This document shows positions 58,496 through 64,000 of a DNA stretch of 64,000 nucleotides, piece after piece. Within the stretch, counting starts at the first letter, position 1, and each line of letters starts with the position of its first letter. Source of the stretch: Picochlorum sp. SENEW3 (lineage: Eukaryota). The stretch lies in assembly GCA_034226945.1 (NCBI GenBank), contig CP120457.1, forward strand, positions 1 to 64,000, read 5' to 3'. The notes beneath the pieces are model-generated. The model saw only the letters and a program-made list of their open reading frames with translations, was not told the origin of the DNA and made no database searches. The position numbers and the translations under genes were made by a program.

Positions 58496-59568
58496 ATGAT
58501 AGAATCTAGTGTGCTAAAAGAGGCCGCCAGGGCCTATCTGTACGTTGGTCTATGGATTGTCCTGTCAGGCTCTGTCATCACGTACAACAAGTTCTTGTTG
58601 TCCGTAGCAGGTTTTCCATACCCAATTTCACTAACATTATGGTAGGATTCGTGTTGTTTGCGATTGAGAGTGAAAGACTGGTTCTTGCCATGACGTCGGG
58701 GCACCTTTTCTTTTGTTGCAGGCACATGTTCTCTTGTTCCAGCATAGCCTTTGTCCTAGTGCGGTCAGGGAAGGTGGAGTCCATCAATATGGACGTTAGC
58801 ACATATATAAGCACCATTGTGCCGATAGGAGCCTGTTATTCTGTGACATTGTGGATTGGCAATGCAGCATACTTGTACTTGAGCGTTTCGTTCATCCAAA
58901 TGCTCAAGGCACTCATGCCGGTCTCCGTCTTCACAGTGGGCTGTTTGATGGGTACTGAGAAGTTTCAGTGCTCCTCATTTTTGAATATGTGCCTCATTGC
59001 GCTGGGGGTTGCTATTGCATCATATGGAGAGCTCAATTTCAACATGTTTGGAGTGGTGCTGCAGCTGGGTAGTATTATTGTAGAGTCTATTCGACTAGTA
59101 TTAGTGCAATTACTGTTACAATCTCGGGGATTAAAATTAAATCCCATCACAACACTCTACTATGTCTCGCCATGTTGCTTTGCTTTCCTGCTGGTCCCAT
59201 TCTTCAGTTTGGAATGGTTGAAGATCATGAATGATGAGGATGTTGTTATAAACCCATTCTATATGATAACGAATGCTGCAGTAGCTTTTTGTCTAAATCT
59301 TTCCGTGTTCTTGTTGATCGGAAAGACGTCAGCCTTGACCATGAACGTGGCAGGGGTTGTGAAAGACTGGATGCTCATTGGAATATCAGTGTGGGTGTTC
59401 CACGCAGCCGTGTCGCCCATGAACATTGGTGGATATCTCATTGCCTTTTTGGCAGTATTTTGGTACAATTATGAGAAGTATAAACGATCAAGAACGACCA
59501 TGGCAGAAAAGGTTCAGCCAATTGGTAGTGAGGAAGAAGAGCCATTGGTACCTGTGATAAGGAAATAA
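58496..59568 (+). CDS. Triose-phosphate-translocator-family / nucleotide-sugar transporter
   Basis: YNKFLL..GFPYPISLTL-W-HM, GNAAYLYLSVSFIQMLKALMP, GKTSALTMNVAGVVKD; one intron. Confidence 0.93.
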
Positions 59569-59597
59569 AATAAATAGTATGTACATATATTCTCTCT

Positions 59598-60902
59598 TCA
59601 ATCGTCGCCCCAATCAAATAGATCAAATATAGAAGAAGAATCCTCTGGTTCCTCATCGGGCAAGGCTTGTCCAAAGTCGTCGTATTCTTCATACAGATCA
59701 TTACTGCTATGTCCAAAGTCGTTGTCATCTCCCCACACTTCCGAGCCATCATCTTTGCCTCTCGCTAAATCATCATATTCCTCCCAAGGACGTTGCGGTG
59801 CGGTCTCATCTTGGTTGGCAGTAGCGGGCCCATCCCCTGGTGGCACAGACTCCTGATCAGCAGAAGCTGATGGCATTGGCATTGGCATGGGTGGGTGTAT
59901 CATCGGAGACAGGATTCCAGATCCATACGAATGCCTGGAGAAGTAATCATAATCAATCGATATAGCTGCAGCAAGGGCGACCATTCTCTCGTCCACCTGA
60001 AGGGGAGATTTGACCAAGAGCTGGTTCCCACTCGTGCATGGAATGACAGCCTTTGTATCAGGGCTTAATGCGGTTTCGGGAGCTTTCAGCGTTTGCTCCG
60101 GGTACGCATTATCTAATGATCTCTGTATGAACTGGGATGCCTGTCGGGGAGTCTCGCCGAAATGGATTGCATATTTTCCTGCATCTGTGAAAATTTCCTT
60201 GCCAAATCCGGAAAAGTTCCGGTCGATGAGAGCCAACGGGCTTCCGGACTCGTCCGTCATGAGAAACTCCCAGGCTAATAGTGGGGCATCTATTCGGGCA
60301 AACTGCGTGCGATCGATGAATAAATTGTACCTCCTTCGCAATAGATGCCATTCCTGCTGCACTTCTCCAATCACAGCATCATCTGCATCTTCTATGAGCA
60401 TCGTCGATGAAATTAAATACGGAGGCCTCCTCAATTTAAAGAGTATTTCAGATCCTGTGCTGTTAAATACTGTGGCGGTGAAACCTCTCCGAGTCCTGAA
60501 CAACTGCCTCATAAACACACGCCCCAAGCCACCATGCTCCTCTGCAAGAAGGGCTACTACTTGCCCTGTCTCGTCCCTAATGCTATATTTATTCGCTTGC
60601 TCATACCCTAACAGAACTTGACCCCACTCTACATCTCGCGTGACGATCAGTGATGATCGATTGACCAGCGTAAGGGCAGACTCTGGAGCCTCTTCTATTC
60701 TATTCACTCCATATACCTGCCGCTGAAGCCCTTTTTTCTCATTCGCTCTCACTAATTTGCGAACTTTGCTCCGCGACTTTGATGCAAAGCCATTTTGAAA
60801 CAGATTGGTTTGGTAAATGCCCTCAAGAGAGTCTGGAACATGCTTCCACGTGGATTCAAAAGAAAAGATCCTTCTTACAACAGGTCGCAGTCTGTTCGAC
60901 AT
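59598..60902 (-). CDS. AIM25: Scramblase-family AIM25-like protein
   Basis: LIVTRDVEWGQVLLGYEQANKY, RQLFRTRR.F, IDRNFSGFGKEIFTDAGKY, AISIDYDYFSRHS. Confidence 0.88.
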   Translation of the reverse strand: MSNRLRPVVRRIFSFESTWKHVPDSLEGIYQTNLFQNGFASKSRSKVRKLVRANEKKGLQRQVYGVNRIEEAPESALTLVNRSSLIVTRDVEWGQVLLGYEQANKYSIRDETGQVVALLAEEHGGLGRVFMRQLFRTRRGFTATVFNSTGSEILFKLRRPPYLISSTMLIEDADDAVIGEVQQEWHLLRRRYNLFIDRTQFARIDAPLLAWEFLMTDESGSPLALIDRNFSGFGKEIFTDAGKYAIHFGETPRQASQFIQRSLDNAYPEQTLKAPETALSPDTKAVIPCTSGNQLLVKSPLQVDERMVALAAAISIDYDYFSRHSYGSGILSPMIHPPMPMPMPSASADQESVPPGDGPATANQDETAPQRPWEEYDDLARGKDDGSEVWGDDNDFGHSSNDLYEEYDDFGQALPDEEPEDSSSIFDLFDWGDD

Positions 60903-60951
60903 ACTATCAACAGCGGCCACGTATCCTTCATACAGTATATATTAAATTAAA

Positions 60952-62190
60952 TTACACAGTTTCCTCGACAGTCTTTTCGGTGTACACGCCTTTTATTTCA
61001 TCTTGCTGCATCCTTGGTTCCTTCCTCTCATCCAAAAGCATCTGTACCGCACCAAAATACTGCATCAGAGCCATGTCAGTCCAAGGAGCATCGAAGATAC
61101 CATTGTCACCAGAGCACCAGCCAAGGTGACCACCGGTAGGGGTGACGACCAGGATGCAATTCTCATTTGCCTCCAGATGTTGACTAGGGGTTGCATGGAT
61201 GGGGGCTATGGGGTCATCGTCAGCCTGAATGACCAATGTTGGCACCCTTATATCTGGTACACTCAAAGAAGAAGAGCTTTTAGCGTAATACTCGTCTACA
61301 CTAGGCCAGTCAAAGGATATTCTAGTGATGGCATCATCAAATTCTCGAATTGTCTTGGCCTTGAGAGCCTTCTCTGGATCAAACGGCTTGATTCCATCAC
61401 TGGTTGCCTTTTCAAACATGGCATGGTGCTTTGAGTAAATCTTCCGCAGGGATTTGGCCAAGTTCCAGTCGTATATTCTATTGAAGCCCTGGTTGAAGTT
61501 CTTATCAGATATAGTCAAATCAAATGGGTTGCACATGACTGCTGCAGCTTGCACAGGAGTGCGGTCTCCCTCCTCTCCCAAATATCTCGTGAGAATATTA
61601 GCACCTAGCGACCATCCAGCAGCAAAAATGTGAGATGATGGGTATTTCGAGGCAATATGTGCTACAACACATCTCATGTCCCCAGTGTATGATGCACTGT
61701 AGAATTGTGCACTCGTCACGGGTGAATTGCTGGTGCCTCTAGAGTTGAATACTATGGCTCGCACTCCAGCCTTTTTGGCATGGATGACTGCGTGTTGCAC
61801 GTATGTGTCCCCCGAACCTCCAGTCAAACCAGGCAATAATATCAACACAGGGGCATCTGGACTCAAATCTGAAGCCTCATCGTGAATTTGCGAATCCAAG
61901 GCAACTGTACCGCCATCAGGCATATGGAGAAGTTCCCTCTCGTAGGTGATGTGCGGATTCCTCCGGAACAGTGCAGCAAAAATTGTCTCAATGTGTCCAT
62001 TATTCAGCAACCTTGGCAGATGATAGGCTGCAGTCAAATGCGGACACATCCGCTCTATCTTCCTATTCCAATCAGTTTTCTTTGATTTGATCTTTGGATA
62101 AAACGTCTTCTTCATCGATGTCAGCGACACAGCTACGGATAGTGCCAAGCCACCGGCCCCTGCTATGACCACGTGTTTCAATGGTACCAT
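60952..62190 (-). CDS. ABHD1/3 (EMB8/YheT)-type alpha/beta hydrolase
   Basis: NGHIETI, DGGTVALD, PGLTGGS, GWSLG nucleophile, ADDDPI, GGHLGW. Confidence 0.93.
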   Translation of the reverse strand: MVPLKHVVIAGAGGLALSVAVSLTSMKKTFYPKIKSKKTDWNRKIERMCPHLTAAYHLPRLLNNGHIETIFAALFRRNPHITYERELLHMPDGGTVALDSQIHDEASDLSPDAPVLILLPGLTGGSGDTYVQHAVIHAKKAGVRAIVFNSRGTSNSPVTSAQFYSASYTGDMRCVVAHIASKYPSSHIFAAGWSLGANILTRYLGEEGDRTPVQAAAVMCNPFDLTISDKNFNQGFNRIYDWNLAKSLRKIYSKHHAMFEKATSDGIKPFDPEKALKAKTIREFDDAITRISFDWPSVDEYYAKSSSSLSVPDIRVPTLVIQADDDPIAPIHATPSQHLEANENCILVVTPTGGHLGWCSGDNGIFDAPWTDMALMQYFGAVQMLLDERKEPRMQQDEIKGVYTEKTVEETV

Positions 62191-62234
62191 TGACAATTCT
62201 AATGTCTGGAATATTAAATACAAAATACAAATAT

Positions 62235-64000
62235 CTAATACCGAGGTGGGGCAGCATTATTTTCACTCAGGCTCATGGCAATTGCCAAGTCAAGGTCATC
62301 GTCCACTGGAGTCATGGTGATGGGCTGACGAGTTTCTCTTTTAGAAGCTTCAATGGCTCTCCTGAATTCTGCATCATCCTCGCCTCTAGGCTGATTGTAT
62401 CTATTCAATGCTGCTGCTTGGGCTGCTACGGGGTCTTGTGGAATGTCAACTGCCCCTGCAAATGGACGAGCACCAGCAACAGGGTAGCTTGTGCCATTTG
62501 TGTACCCGTTGGTGTACCCATTTGTGTAGTGGCTGGAAAATCCATGGCCATTTCCATTTCCATTCATCTGTCCATTGTATTGGTAAGGGTACATTGCTCC
62601 GTTCATGCTGTTGGGGGGAGGCTTTTTCTTTGTTCGGCAGCAACAGCACCAGAGGATGGAGAGCAGCAAAATGCCAACAACACAGCTTGCAACAATGATC
62701 ACAATCAAGGCCCATGTGGGCAGTCCACTGCTGCTACCTTCAAGCTCAAACGTATATGGCGGGGAAGGTTCTCCTTCGTTCCCTGCGGCATCTACTCCTT
62801 TTGCCCTGAAGGTGTATGTTCCTTGGGCAAGGCCAGCATATGTGCAAGAGGTTAGCGAGCAGTTTGCCCATTTTCCCAAGTCGCCCTTTCCGAGAACATT
62901 TTCTTCAGGAGAATCAGATTTGATGGTGTGAGTCATCAGCGATTTCACTGCCGCATCCCCACTAGGGACATCGGCAGTGACTGGTGCTTGCTCAGCAACA
63001 GTGTCAGCATCCAAGGACAGATATCCTTGCCACAGAACGGGGGATCCTCCGTTTTCTATATCTGGATCTGTTATATTGAAGGTCACCGTGCCACCTGGAT
63101 TCACCTGGTCTTTTGAGGGCCCGGATGTGATGGTTGCAGTGGGCGGTACGGTATCCATCCATACACGAATGGGCTCTTGGTTTGAGACTCTGCCAGCATT
63201 GTCTGTTGCTGTGACTGAAATCTGCCATTCTCCCTCTTCCAAATCAAATGTCCACGGGGATTCACAAGGTTTCGGGGCCCACCGCTCACTATCTTCTTCT
63301 ATTTGTTGTCCGACAAGTTGGATGGGCACAACTTGGCATGTCACATTAGCAATGCCAGACCCCTGTGGTCCATCATCTACTGTGAATGTCACCGTCATTG
63401 TTGGCTCCCTCGTGCCTTGTGGATACTCCAAATTGACAACAGGCGCATCGAGATCCACAATGAAATCAAAGGTAGTGCTGTTGCCTCGGTTACCCACGGG
63501 GTCGGTTGCCGTGACCTCAAGAACATACCGACCTCCTGTCAAGTTCCTAAACTGCACTGGCCCCACACAAGGCGCCCAGTCCATACTATCATTGGTAGAG
63601 TCTATTCCAACTAATTTGCACTGAGTCTTTCCTGGTTCCGAGAGTTCAAATTGAAAAGTAGCAACAGAAGTGGAAAATATACTTGGGCTTCCCACAATAT
63701 TGACAGTGGGAGCAATTTCATCAACTGTGAAAGTCGAAAGTGCAGCACTCTCAACGGGTGCCCCAATGATGCGAGCAAAGAATGTATATTTCCCATCATC
63801 AATCAATCCATATTCCTGATATCCTGTGCAAGCTTCCCATTGCTGTGGGACGCCTGGATTCTCCAAGTCAGTGGGCCATCGAACCATCGAGCATTCCAAC
63901 TGCTGGCTCACTTCTTGAGTTCCAGCCACCAAGCTCACTGTTTTGAAGGAAACTTCAGATTTTGGGATCGTCATGAAAGGCCCGTCTTGAATATAAACAA
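62235..64000 (-). CDS. Single-pass membrane protein with repeated Ig-like domains and cytosolic UIMs (5'-partial)
   Basis: Repeats D..(A/P)P.V.I ... G.Y.F.V.A.D.AGN; TM WALIVIIVASCVVGILLLSILW; EDDAEFRRAIEASKRE and DDDLDLAIAMSLSE; ends PPRY*. Confidence 0.82.
   Translation of the reverse strand, partial: VYIQDGPFMTIPKSEVSFKTVSLVAGTQEVSQQLECSMVRWPTDLENPGVPQQWEACTGYQEYGLIDDGKYTFFARIIGAPVESAALSTFTVDEIAPTVNIVGSPSIFSTSVATFQFELSEPGKTQCKLVGIDSTNDSMDWAPCVGPVQFRNLTGGRYVLEVTATDPVGNRGNSTTFDFIVDLDAPVVNLEYPQGTREPTMTVTFTVDDGPQGSGIANVTCQVVPIQLVGQQIEEDSERWAPKPCESPWTFDLEEGEWQISVTATDNAGRVSNQEPIRVWMDTVPPTATITSGPSKDQVNPGGTVTFNITDPDIENGGSPVLWQGYLSLDADTVAEQAPVTADVPSGDAAVKSLMTHTIKSDSPEENVLGKGDLGKWANCSLTSCTYAGLAQGTYTFRAKGVDAAGNEGEPSPPYTFELEGSSSGLPTWALIVIIVASCVVGILLLSILWCCCCRTKKKPPPNSMNGAMYPYQYNGQMNGNGNGHGFSSHYTNGYTNGYTNGTSYPVAGARPFAGAVDIPQDPVAAQAAALNRYNQPRGEDDAEFRRAIEASKRETRQPITMTPVDDDLDLAIAMSLSENNAAPPRY

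Noticed and set aside
60010..63624. Long antisense ORFs (60010-60621, 62181-62855, 62977-63624)
   Set aside because: Shadow ORFs of well-supported genes on the opposite strand.

Overview
Eukaryotic nuclear DNA from a compact-genome green alga. The ~1.5 kb gene spacing, ~60-110 nt GT-AG introns, plastid-targeted proteins and TGTAA-type 3' spacers suggest a Picochlorum-like trebouxiophyte (inference). The window opens with an untrimmed Oxford Nanopore adapter and 2.5 telomere-like CCCTATA units. Next comes an ~8.4 kb gene-free, A/C-skewed, probably subtelomeric region holding a ~1.5 kb direct duplication, a 160-bp tandem array and dispersed repeats. From 8.5 kb on there are about 38 tightly packed genes (GLR, TIPIN, ALY, FMC1, AMBRA1-like, SRPRA, TASP1, HSDH, COG2, PEX14, RPS20, ATG101, PTP, NFU, FANCJ, TL17, MMS21, CAD, AIM25 and others). 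The most unusual part is a ~7.3 kb island at ~43.44-50.77 kb, bounded by ~450-bp imperfect inverted repeats derived from its own main gene's 3' end. It encodes a spliced, NLS-bearing ~1100-aa protein with two virus/phage-type NUMOD4-like+HNH modules and two helicase-associated (HA)-like repeats. It also carries an orphan ORF, a 20-copy 11-bp array, an 18-bp-stem hairpin and palindrome clusters, and has no recognisable transposase. It is a candidate novel endonuclease-driven selfish element. An in-frame ATG101-PTP pair separated by 9 nt is a strong bicistronic/readthrough candidate. All protein assignments are from motif recognition; no searches were run.
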